Shown one piece after another: positions 37,601-48,292 of a stretch of 64,000 nucleotides of DNA. The notes under the pieces were generated by a model. That model saw nothing but the letters and a program-made list of their open reading frames with translations, did no database searches and was not told the DNA's origin. Positions within the stretch are counted from its first letter, which is position 1; every line of letters starts with the position of its first letter. Source of the DNA: Tubiluchus corallicola (taxonomy: Eukaryota; Animalia; Priapulida); NCBI GenBank assembly GCA_030141605.1, contig JAQGDQ010000426.1, forward strand, positions 124,001 through 188,000, given 5' to 3'. The position numbers and the translations under genes are program-made.

Positions 37601-40600
37601 CAATAAAGCTACTCAAACATGAATTCTTATTACGTATTAAGTAACATGAAACTTATTCTTACTTAAAAAACTACTCAAACAGGAATTCTTATTACGTATT
37701 AAGTAACATGGAACTTATTTTTACTTAAAAAAGCTACTCAAACACGAATTCTTATTACGTATTAAGTAACATGAAACTTATTCTTACTTAAAAAAGCTAC
37801 TCAAACATGAATTCTTATTACGTATTAAGTAACATGAAACTTATACTTACTTACGCAATAAAGCTACTCAAACATGAATTCTTATTACGTATTAAGTAAC
37901 ATGAAACTTATTCTTACTTAAAAAAGCTACTCAAACACGAATTCTTTTTACGTATTGAGTAACATGAAACTTATTCTTATTAAAAAAGCTACTCAAACAC
38001 GAATTCTTGTTACGTATTGAGTAACATGAAACTTATTCTTACTCAAAAAAGCTACTCAAACATGAATTCTTATTACGTATTGAGTAACAGGAAACTTATT
38101 CTTACTTAAAAAAGCTACTCAATGAATATTTTGACTCTGGGCATCATGAAAGTAGTAATCTCCCCCAATTACGATGTTTGTAAACAACTGTAATGCTTAG
38201 AGATTATTGTTTGTCACTAGTTTTTCCAAATTCTACAATGAAATAAATAAACAAACTGGGAATTCGAACGAAATGGAAAAGCCTCAAGGGTTTTTGAATG
38301 TAGGACAACGTATATTTATTTCGGATGTTAGAGAGAAGTTTCCACTTACACTTATGTAAATACGGATCTGTTAGAAAACACACACGGAAATTACGAAAAC
38401 ATTCTTACCTTACTGTTGTCGTCTCAGTATCACTGGAAGAAAAATAAAATAATCGGTTACCTCTAAATCGGAGTGCCTCCACTTCCTTTATGCCTGCATA
38501 AATCACAAGAACCAGTGGGGCGTCAGGTATTTCTACAACGTGGCCAAACTCTGCTACAGCATCTTCCAATAATTTGTTGCTCTTTTTGAAATCTGCTAGT
38601 TCGTGAAGAACCAATCCTTTGCCGAAATGCGCTCTCGGACTCTTAGGATGCGATCGAAGAATCTCGTCATATTTGTCTTTGGCGGCGTGGTACATGCCCT
38701 GCGTTCATTAATTTACATTGTCACTCTTAAACAAGCAAATGTCCAGAGCACGCATTCGTAAATTTATCATATATGGTTATCATATACGGTTATTTTACAT
38801 ACGTAGAAGGGGACTTTAGGAAATGATTGCACTTCCAACTTCCTGTGTACTGAAGAAACCGAAAAGAATAGATAAAAATCTATTGCACTGTGAAAAAGAG
38901 TATTTAGTTTTACATAAAGGAGATTTATCATACCTAATGCCTGATAATACGCAGCACTGACCATGAATGGCCATGAATGTCCACGCGTTCATAATGGTTT
39001 CTCATCGAAAATGCCGCCATTTCTTCAACAAATTAACTGATTTTTTTTATTTTTAGCACTAAAATGTCGAAAGGATTTAAAAAACACGTTAAATAAAAAT
39101 CATTATAATGATTAGAATATTTTAAAAAATACATTAATATTTTAAGTATAGCTATCATTTCCTGATACCCCGTGTAATTTCTATTCCAACATTAGTGATT
39201 AAATGGTGTCAAACATATAAAATGCCTAAGTTGCCAAAATATGTGTTAACTCACAGTGTGAACAAAACCAGAACGCCATTAATTATGATCTCCGATTCCA
39301 AAATGCAGGTCCCAGATCTACAATCTCAGGACACCAAAAGACTTTATCTTAAACCTTGATATTGAATAGGTAATGCTGTAGGCAACTGGTGATTATGAAT
39401 GGCATTACAAAAGAAAAAATTGTTGGAAAACTGTGCGAGAAATGCTTGTCAAAGCTTTTTGATTACTGTGCCAGAAAGGCAAAGTTTGTTTTACCTTGTG
39501 CAATAAGTCATCTGCCATGTCAAGGTCTTTACGAATCTTGCTGTCATATTCATTTGTGATGTCTTTATTTCTGTACTTCAGCCGCTTGCCAACTCCCAAA
39601 TCTTGTTCCCTTTCAGCTGCTTCTCGTGCACTTACTAAGTTCAGGGCATCAAAATCTTCAGCTACTGTTGCATCACTGACAAAGCTATCAGATTCGTCTA
39701 CGTCGCTTTGACCACCTTTACGAGCGTAGCCATGAGGTTGTGCTTTTTGGAGTGAATCTAGTATGCCATCGCCGTCAGCATCATCATCCAGGTAATCAGG
39801 AATTCCATCACCATCTGTGTCAATCTGCTTCCAGTCTGGAATTCCATCGCCATCCTTGTCTTGCAGCTTATCTGGAATGCCGTCACCATTTGCATCATCG
39901 TCTAGATAATCTGGAATTCCATCGCGATCCGTATCAATTTGTTTCCAGTCTGGAATTCCGTCACCATCTTTGTCTTGTAGATGATCAGGTATGCCATCGT
40001 TATTGTCATCGTCATCAAGATAATCCGGAATTCCATCACCGTCGGTATCAATTTGTTTCCAGTCTGGAATTCCATCACCATCTTTGTCTTGCAGGTGATC
40101 AGGTATGCCATCATTGTTATCATCGTCATCCAAATAATCTGGAATTCCATCACCATCTGTATCTATCTGTTTCCAGTCTGGAATTCCATCACCATCTTTG
40201 TCTTGTAGGTGATCAGGTATGCCATCATTATTGTCGTCATCATCAAGATAATCTGGAATTCCATCACCATCTGTGTCGAGGTCTTTGTCTTCCTCAATAC
40301 TTGCAAGTTTTCTTTTTTTGAAACCACTTCCTTGTTTACTGTCTGGAATACCATCACCATCTGCATCATCATCCAAATAATCTGGAATTCCGTCCCCATC
40401 TGTATCGACTTGCTTCCAATCTGGAATTCCATCACCATCTTTGTCCTGTAAGTGATCTGGTATTCCATCATTATTATCATCATCATCTAAATAATCTGGA
40501 ATTCCATCACCATCTGTATCAATCTGTTTCCAGTCTGGAATTCCATCTCCATCTTTGTCCTGTAAATGATCTGGGATGCCATCATTGTTATCATCATCAT

Positions 40601-42624
40601 CTAGGTAATCTGGAATTCCATCTCCGTCAGTATCGATTTGTTTCCAGTCTGGAATTCCATCTCCATCTTTGTCCTGTAAATGATCTGGGATGCCATCATT
40701 GTTATCATCATCATCTAGGTAATCTGGAATTCCGTCTCCATCAGTATCAATCTGCTTCCAGTCTGGAATTCCATCTCCATCTTTGTCTTGTAAATGATCT
40801 GGGATGCCATCATTGTTATCATCATCATCTAGGTAATCTGGAATTCCGTCTCCATCAGTATCAATCTGCTTCCAGTCTGGAATTCCATCTCCATCTTTGT
40901 CTTGCAAGTGATCAGGTATGCCATCATTATTGTCATCATCATCTAGGTAATCAGGAATTCCATCACCATCTGTGTCAATCTGCTTCCAGTCTGGAATTCC
41001 ATCACCATCCTTGTCCTGCAACTTGTCTGGAATACCGTCACCATTTGCATCATCATCTAGGTAATCTGGGATTCCATCACCATCAGTGTCTATTTCTTGC
41101 CAGTCTGGAATTCCATCTCCATCTTTATCACCTTGTAGTCTATCTGGTATACCGTCGCCATCTGCATCATCATCAAGGTAGTCAGGAATACCATCACCAT
41201 CTGTATCAACCTGTTTCCAGTCTGGAATTCCATCACCATCTTTGTCTTGAAGATGATCAGGTATGCCATCATTGTTGTCGTCATCATCTAGATAATCTGG
41301 AATTCCATCACCGTCTGTATCAACTTGTTTCCAATCAGGAATTCCATCACCATCCTTATCCTGTAACTTGTCTGGAATACCATCTCCATTTGCATCATCA
41401 TCTAGGTAATCTGGGATCCCATCACCATCAGTGTCAATCTCCTGCCAGTCGGGAATTCCATCTCCATCTTTATCACCTTGTAGTCTATCTGGAATGCCAT
41501 CGCCATCTGCATCATCATCAAGATAATCAGGAATGCCATCCCCATCAGTATCAATCTGTTTCCAGTCTGGAATTCCATCACCATCTTTATCTTGTAAATG
41601 ATCTGGGATACCATCATTGTTGTCGTCGTCATCTAGGTAGTCCGGAATTCCGTCACCATCAGTATCGATTTGTTTCCAATCTGGAATTCCATCTCCATCT
41701 TTGTCCTGTAAATGATCTGGGATGCCATCATTGTTGTCGTCATCATCTAGGTAATCTGGAATTCCATCGCCATCAGTATCAATCTGTTTCCAGTCTGGAA
41801 TTCCATCTCCATCTTTGTCCTGCAGATGATCAGGTATGCCATCATTATTGTCATCGTCATCTAGGTAATCTGGTATTCCGTCCCCATCAGTATCGATTTG
41901 TTTCCAGTCTGGAATTCCATCTCCATCTTTGTCCTGTAAATGATCTGGGATGCCATCATTGTTATCATCATCATCAAGGTAATCAGGAATGCCATCACCA
42001 TCAGTATCGATTTGTTTCCAGTCTGGAATTCCATCTCCATCTTTGTCTTGCAAGTGATCAGGTATGCCGTCATTATTGTCATCATCGTCTAAGTAATCTG
42101 GAATTCCATCACCGTCTGTGTCAATCTGCTTCCAGTCTGGAATTCCGTCACCATCTTTGTCCTGCAACTTGTCTGGAATGCCATCACCATTTGCGTCATC
42201 ATCTAAGTAATCTGGTATACCATCTCCATCGGTGTCGATATCATGTAATGCTTCCTTGTCTAGTAATGTTTGGCCACCTTTTTCAACTTTTTGTTTTGAC
42301 GAATGTTCTAAAATAAAATGAGCACAATCAGTGCAAGAGGATATGCGCCCACATAATCCAATATAAGAACAAATGTAAAAAACTGTATCTCTATTTTTTT
42401 CAATTTCAATTACAACTTGAAAGACTTTATTAGATTGTGTTTGTAAGTGCTGCAGTGATTTTCTACAGGAAAAATATGGCATTAATCAGCAAAGGAAAAC
42501 CTGTTCATTTCTCACCTTGAACTGTTGCGTCTGTGTCTAAAACAAAGAAAAACACTCCACCGACCAGCAGTAGAAAGACAAAAAGTACACAAAATGTGAG
42601 TTTATTGGATCCTTTCCCTTCCAT
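28512..42624 (-). CDS. ASPH: Aspartyl/asparaginyl beta-hydroxylase (type II ER membrane 2OG/Fe(II) dioxygenase) with a giant DxDxDG-repeat luminal domain, 10 coding exons, ~1380 aa
   Basis: In-frame GT-AG exons: 42624-42516 (TM anchor), 42307-39495 (repeats), 38698-38461, 36470-36334, 34645-34451, 32827-32684, 31956-31824, 30896-30805, 30633-30503, 28662-28512. The TPR region (PKSPRAHFGKG, GFILK, FFYHLAD) and oxygenase motifs (WQRS..PWWT, LENNWETIRDE, GDW, PGTHVWPHTGPTN, FDDSFDHEVW, RL...VDFWHPDL) closely follow vertebrate ASPH. Confidence 0.95.
29350..29838 (+). mobile_element. 5'-truncated RTE-clade LINE in last ASPH intron
   Basis: ORF with RT C-terminal motifs ([44 protein letters not shown]); (GAA)n tail; ~16-bp TSD ACT(A/G)TTATTGTCCAAG. 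Confidence 0.92.
29933..30346 (+). repeat. Second copy of the 5019-5437 dispersed repeat
   Basis: Direct sequence match including the AATTG tail. Confidence 0.75.
30503..30633 (-). CDS. ASPH: ASPH oxygenase exon with first Fe-ligand His
   Basis: VTFSLMQPGTHVWPHTGPTNTRIRAHLGLKVPRGARMRVGEETR; ttatag| and |gtgaga. Confidence 0.96.
30805..30896 (-). CDS. ASPH: ASPH oxygenase exon
   Basis: GQKIYKNCRRASKTCAIIDEIEAAANCKRGQ; ttgcag| and |gtaagg. Confidence 0.93.
30975..31732. mobile_element. Probable hAT-type non-autonomous element in ASPH intron
   Basis: TIR TAGGGCCGGATTA / TAATCCAGCCCTG; degenerate TSD; GC-rich interior with a ~69-bp tandem duplication. Confidence 0.6.
31824..31956 (-). CDS. ASPH: ASPH oxygenase exon
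   Basis: LLENNWETIRDEAIKYMDSSSGMYKDEGLSYTDGDWKRFHLFKQG; ttttag| and |gtaata. Confidence 0.93.
32283..32508. repeat. Minisatellite, 39-bp unit x ~6
   Basis: GTACAGTCATCTGATTGGTCAATGGACAATTGTACACGT repeated. Confidence 0.95.
32684..32827 (-). CDS. ASPH: ASPH hinge exon
   Basis: AYRVYKAGARKGLYPSMWQRSPNIYNVEGLTAKPWWTPEELKQVKAIE; tttcag| and |gttagt. Confidence 0.94.
32857..33478. repeat. Minisatellite, 32-bp unit x ~19
   Basis: ATATATTACATAGTTAGCACTTAAACCCTTCC repeated. Confidence 0.96.
33538..33782. mobile_element. Foldback MITE with internal TCAAATGT subrepeats
   Basis: Ends GGATTTACATGTCAAATGT / ACATTTGACGTGTAAAACC, flanked by TATA on both sides. Confidence 0.7.
34451..34645 (-). CDS. ASPH: ASPH TPR exon
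   Basis: VLQKDPENCLAHAYMGFILK..ESVPHLEQGI..DAKFFYHLADIYYRDGKKHE; accag| and |gtaaga. Confidence 0.93.
36334..36470 (-). CDS. ASPH: ASPH TPR exon
   Basis: GFQKKAKRVLDDLVERYPNSMELRNEQGIGLLDFGKPMEAEKIFEK; gtcag| and |gtagca. Confidence 0.92.
37268..38121. repeat. Minisatellite, ~63-bp unit x ~13-14
   Basis: AAAGCTACTCAAACATGAATTCTTATTACGTATTAAGTAACATGAAACTTATTCTTACTTAAA repeated. Confidence 0.95.
38461..38698 (-). CDS. ASPH: ASPH TPR exon
   Basis: GMYHAAKDKYDEILRSHPKSPRAHFGKG..LRFRG; cgcag| and |gtaacc. Confidence 0.93.
39495..42307 (-). CDS. ASPH: ASPH exon 2: ~21-22 x 38-aa DxDxDG repeats plus start of TPR region
   Basis: ttttag|AA acceptor; repeat unit DTDGDGIPDYLDD-DDNNDGIPDHLQ-DKDGDGIPDWKQI. 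It ends ..NEYDSKIRKDLDMADDLLHK|gtaaaa, resembling ASPH NKFDKTIKAELDAAEKLRK. Confidence 0.92.
42516..42624 (-). CDS. ASPH: ASPH first coding exon, signal-anchor TM (MEGKGSNKLTFCVLFVFLLLVGGVFFFVLDTDATVQ)
   Basis: Short basic N-tail plus ~21 hydrophobic residues; donor CAAG|gtgaga. An acceptor at 42657/42656 implies an upstream non-coding exon. Confidence 0.85.
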
Positions 42625-42795
42625 TGTTAGCTGTGTTGAACCTCAGAAAAAACATTCTGCAATTAAAAAGTAGTACATCAGAACAGACCTTTGTAAGCAT
42701 GATTCTTGTACACGATTTTTTTTACAAAATAATGCATACAAGAGAAACATAGTAAAGAAAGTAACGACGCATAATCGTATGGAAATTCACAATTT

Positions 42796-43087
<292 letters not shown>

Positions 43088-45177
43088 CTAATGTTTCAAT
43101 TGCAACTCGCTAATGGTAGCTATATGTTTAGAAGGCTTAGAATCAATGATCTGCATTTATGATTTCATTCTGGCTTTTTAATCTGTATATCTGTATACTA
43201 TATACCTATTATATAGAAATACGGTAATGCAATTACATTGTAGATTCAGCTTTTGGTTCATAACCACAGTGAACAGAAGGAATGACAATGTAAAACCTCA
43301 AACAACACATCTTTTTGGTATGTTGTGGCTAACAGGTTGACCTTTCATCCTCACTAACTTTGGGGCCAAGGATTTTTTATCCAGGAGTCAAGGTAAAGGT
43401 CAAAAAATTGGGTCATCAACTGAAAATCATCAGACAGAGTGAATTTGAGCCTGAATTTGGGTTCTAGGCATTTTTTCTGATTAAAAATGCCTCTCCCATG
43501 AATTTTCGTCCAGTAGGTATCGAGTTATGAATTTTTGAAAATTTCAGGCAAACGCGAAAGAGCGTGAAAAGTTTAAATTTAAAATTGTCATAACTTTTGA
43601 ACTGGCGGTCCGATTGACCTGAAATTTTGAACATAAATTATTCTCATAGGACCCAATGACCCAGCGAAGTTTCATTAAAATCCGAGATGGTCGAGTGTAG
43701 ATGATCAAAAATTTGATGGAATTGATATGGAGTGACCCAACCACCAACCACGTCAGTTATTTCAAGCCAATGGCAGTAGTGCGTTTAGCAGCAAACTTTC
43801 TAGTTAGGCAGGCGAACAGACAGTCTTGTCATTATATTACTGGCCAAAATGGTCACGCTAAAGCACGCCAGCAAGAGACTAGACATTTTATTTTTACCTG
43901 GCAAAGTTAAAGCTATATTATTCATTGTTAGATTCATCAACATTTTGCCAATAAAATACATCTAAACTTGAACAATTTATGACAAAGTTTATAATGGACT
44001 TGCACTGATGAGACAAAGACGTTATCAAGGATAGTTGATTACTACCATTACCTTGTCTGACAATTCTTTGTGTGCTATTGCCACCCTGTATTAGTTTTAA
44101 GAAAATAGTTGCTTTTGCCACATTACTGCATAACTTAAAAGTTCCTATAGGGATTCCAAATATTTGTACTGAGCAAGGAACAAGTCAGGTTTCCATTTTC
44201 TAAACAGTGAAACAAATCACTTGATAGCTTGAGGCTCGAACGAATTTACATATTTACTGTAATTTGAGGAGAGTTCCTGGAAATACTTCTGAGGCAAATA
44301 CTTCTGCAACTCATCTTTGCAAGCCATGTAAATCATAATCAAATTCACATACTATTGATGTAAATATTTTAAAAAAATGTACGCCTCTTGTGCAAGTGAT
44401 TAAAAATAAATAAACTAAATCTTTACACTTTGCGGTGTGGTAGCAGCGCAACTATTACGACACGTGTGTATAGGAAACAAGGTTACCTACAGAGGGCAAA
44501 AGATATAACTTCATTTACATACAATTGCTGTTGCCTTTGGGTTTTGCGGTTGTTAACTAACGCTTAGACATTGTATTACAGTAACAACGCTGCATACAGA
44601 TCTTGTATTATCAGTAACAACGTATAAAATTTGTAAATAATTATTTAAACTTCCGCGCCGACAGTTAGGTGCAGCCATTTTGAGGGTTAATCGATGAGTA
44701 ACAAATTTAGTTAAATTCAGATTGCATAAAGTCCAAAAAAAGCAGAGTGTTCGTAGCGCACACGTCACTAACTAAGCAAACGAATAAGTTACTTTATATT
44801 GTCAATAAGGAATATAGCATGCTTTCTGGTCAGCCAGTGACGTTTTTTGGTGCACACAGGGATGGCGAGAGAGTAACGTTTTGCCAACAGGTTACCAAAT
44901 CATTAACAAATTTAAGTGAATTCAGATTGGATAATGTCGAAAAAACAATCAGAGCGTTCGTATCGCACACGTCACAAACTAAGCAAATGAATAAGTTACT
45001 TTATATTGTCAATATGAAAAATAACATGCTTTCTCGTGAGCCAGTGACGTTTCTGGTGTACACGGAAATGGCGAGAGAGTAACGTTTTGCCAACTGGTGC
45101 GACATCTTAAATTAATAAGAATTTTCTTTATCACTTACATAGTTTTTTCTAACTGTGCGTGGAAAGTACTATAGGGC

Positions 45178-45520
45178 TATACTTTAAAATTCTGTTTTCT
45201 TCTCCTTTAATCTTTATGTTGCAAATTATAGCCGACTGCTGTTTTTAGGACATACTTTAAAATTCTGTTTGCTTCTCCTTTAATTTTTATGCTGCAAATT
45301 ATAGCCGACTGCTGTTTTTAGGACATACTTTAAAATTCTGTTTTCTTCTCCTTTAATTTTTATGCTGCAAATTATAGCCAACTGTTGTTTTTAAGGCATA
45401 CTTTAAAATTCTGTTTTCTTCTCCTTTAATTTTTATGCTGCAAATTATAGCCAACTGCTGTTTTTAGGGCATACTTTAAAATTCTGTTTTCTTCTCCTTT
45501 AATCTTTATGTTGCAAAGTA
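45178..45520. repeat. Minisatellite, ~69-bp unit x ~5
   Basis: CATACTTTAAAATTCTGTTTTCTTCTCCTTTAA...ATAGCC.ACTGCTG repeated. Confidence 0.92.
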
Positions 45521-46458
45521 TTTATGAATCAGAGCACAGCAAAACAATTGTTGAATGGAAAAAGACTAAAAAAATTAACCATTCACAGCGTGAACTTAGA
45601 TGAAAAGAAGAGTTAATCTACAATTCACACTAGAAGTTATTCATTCTACATAACAAAGTACTGCCGAACTTTTCTATGCACATCTCCTGAACATCTCCTT
45701 GAAAGAAAAGTGAAGTATTTCGTAAGAAATGTTGCGAAAATAAGCAGACAATTCCGAGCTTTTGCTACTTATGGCAGGGTTACAATAACCTGCTTAGCTA
45801 TCAGTTCTTAAAGCACAAGAAAACCCCCCACTTACATAAAGCTTAAAAAATCCGTCTTGAAATTTTATACCACTAACATACTGCCTTTTTGCATATTAGG
45901 CTTTGCGTCGGCAATAACGCAGGATAAAACATGTAAATCTAAACTCCAGCGATGACCGTTAGACCAGCCATTTTGACGATATGTCATTTGAAACAAGTTA
46001 AAATCACATTGTGTGAAGTTTGAGAAAATAACCAGCGCATTTGTAGCGCACACGTCATTAAATAAATAAAATTTAAAATTACTGTATCTTGTCAATAAGA
46101 GTAAAAATACGTTTTTGGTTTGTGAGTGGTGCACCCTGGAGGGTGAGTCAGCGACATTTTACCAATTGGTGAAAACATTTTAGATAATTAATAATTTTTT
46201 CTAGTTACGTAAGTCTTTCAAGCAGGTAAGCGAAATACTAAGTTTGCATAGAAGGTTTTTTAAATGATAGTTTAACATTTACTTTTCTTCTTCTGATTTA
46301 CATTGGCATAGGTGACGTAATGGCGCGGTCGGAACAGTATTGCGGGAGATTTAAAATGAAAACAAATAAAAAATCCCTTTAACGCGAGTACCATATACGC
46401 AAAAATTGCTATAAAGTAATATAATTTTTATCGCGGTTTTTCTGAAGCCTACTAGGTA

Positions 46459-47429
46459 CCGTAAAACGGGGTGAGTTCGCCACCCGAGGGTGAGTTCGCC
46501 ACCCCTTACGTAAGGGCCATTGTAGGTTTGCTGTAACTATTGTTCAGTGTTTAATGAACAGATATCATGATCACCGTCATTATAAACAGTTTGCGACAGT
46601 TATCTTTTTTCAATTCGCTCTAGAAGTACTCCATTCTGCGCTACATATTATTTGTCTACTATTTCTTGCTACTTAACATGCCACGCACCTACACCCCTGT
46701 ACCGGGTCATAGATAACAATATTATACCCCAGAAGCTCTGGAAGCTGCCCTACATGCCGTCAAGAATACCAACAGGACAATCAGCGCAGCGGCGAGGCAA
46801 TTCGGAGTTCCAAGAAAGACCCTTTCTGACAAACTCTCAGGTAGTCATCCGCTGAAGACCGGAGGTCAGCCAGTGTTCTCCGCCGCCGAGGAGCACGAAA
46901 TCGCCAACACTCCAAGTGGCCGCTGAATGGGAGTTCCCAATGACTGCCATCGATCTCCGACTACTGATTAAGAGTGTTCTTGACGCGAAGGGAATCCGGG
47001 AACGACGATTCAAGGCAAACACCCCTGGAATAGACTTTGTCAAATCATTCGCCCGAAGGAACAATCTGGTTTTCAGAGCGGCTGGCAACATCAAGGGCGC
47101 CCGCGAAAAGATCAGTGCACAAGACGTTCAAGCCTTCCTTGCCAACGTAGAAGTTTCTATTTGAAAACTAAAACTAGACATTTTTCATAATTTTTTCATA
47201 GGGTGGCGAACTCACCCCCAACCAGCCAATCACAACCAGTTAACTTCAGCTGCCTAGAATGGCATTAAAGAGTGTAAAATCGTTAATGGCGAATTCACCC
47301 CACGATAGTGTTTCATTCGAAAGGCAATATAAAGCTTGAACTAAGAAAATTGGTTTGGTAATTCTCTTGCTATGGCAGGAAACGTAAAAAAATACCCCTA
47401 AAAAGTGGCGAACTCACCCCGTTTTACGG
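46459..47429 (+). mobile_element. Internally deleted pogo/Tigger-type (Tc1-mariner superfamily) DNA transposon
   Basis: Perfect TIRs CCGTAAAACGGGGTGAGTTCGCCAC with TA TSD and subterminal GGTGAGTTCGCCACC repeats. The disrupted ORF from 46678 (MPRTY..stop..YTPEALEAAL..ISAAARQFGVPRKTLSDKLSG..VFSAAEEHEI..frameshift..NTPGIDFVKSFARRN) is an HTH-psq plus CENP-B-type HTH; the DDE domain is absent. Confidence 0.92.
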
Positions 47430-47867
47430 TACCTCTTTTCGTGTCCTTTAAGTTAGTCTGCAAATTCTTGTTCATCGAAAGTCTGTTGTTACGTATTATT
47501 TACACTATTTATTCAGCCAGATAACAGGTTCAAGCATATCGTACATAAAATAAACACAAATTGTCCAGATGCCCAGTTAATAAAAAACAAACAGAAGTTC
47601 ATGATTATACATAATTAGAGCTGTTTATCATTACATATACTTTTATGGAAGAATGATTTTCTCAGGGCATCGTCACTCTCATTCCTATAGATGCCAACAG
47701 GTGGCTTAGAGTACTCCGTTTGCTACTCCAAATAAATCAAAATCGTAAATAATTACTGCTTCTCGTATTTACCCGGTGCAGAAGAGCCACTGGTCCCAGT
47801 TTTAGAACCGTAAAAACTGTTTCCCTAGTAACTACAGCAAAACCTGCATCAAAAAGAAACCTTTTAA

Positions 47868-48292
47868 CAGGGGCGTATTAACCAATAACCTGACTAGGCT
47901 ATAGCCTAGGGCGCCAAAGTTTGAGGAGCGTCACATTTTAGAAAAAAATCCTGTTCTCTTCGGAAAATGTGTATACTTTCATATTCATGTAAAGGGCGTA
48001 CTTTAGAATACACCACAGGCAATTACTGAGCGCAGCTTTATATGAGTGCCACATAACGAACAGGTGCAAGGTATTACACAACAAGCAGTTGCGCAGCATA
48101 CTTGAATATAAGTGTTACGCAAATACACGTAATTAATAATGATCTTGTAAAAATTAGCTTAATAGTGTTTCTAACACACCACAAGTAATTGTTTCACACG
48201 TTTATTACGTAAATAACCATAAATTCACAATAGAGATGAGCGGGACAGTACTACAGCAGCCTAGGGCGTCGTAAAGTTTTGATACGCCCCTG
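47868..48292. mobile_element. Probable hAT-type MITE
   Basis: TIR CAGGGGCGTAT / ATACGCCCCTG; TSD degenerate; left part duplicated with its flank at ~48842-49150. Confidence 0.65.

Noticed and set aside
32857-38121. CRISPR-like arrays
   Set aside because: These are head-to-tail tandem units without unique spacers, in a eukaryotic context with no cas genes.
19423-42307. Thrombospondin/COMP gene, or bacterial TSP3-repeat HGT or contamination
   Set aside because: There are no EGF domains, no L-lectin C-terminal domain and no regular TSP3 cysteines. The exons have spliceosomal junctions and sit among animal repeats.
39740-42316. His-rich plus-strand ORFs (423 aa, 193 aa) and Met-rich alternate-frame ORFs
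   Set aside because: Same shadow-frame artefact, from the ASPH repeat exon.
42308-42482. N-terminus of the 1025-aa ORF as a real start
   Set aside because: It runs through intron sequence. A proper acceptor at 42308/42307 joins the upstream TM exon in frame.
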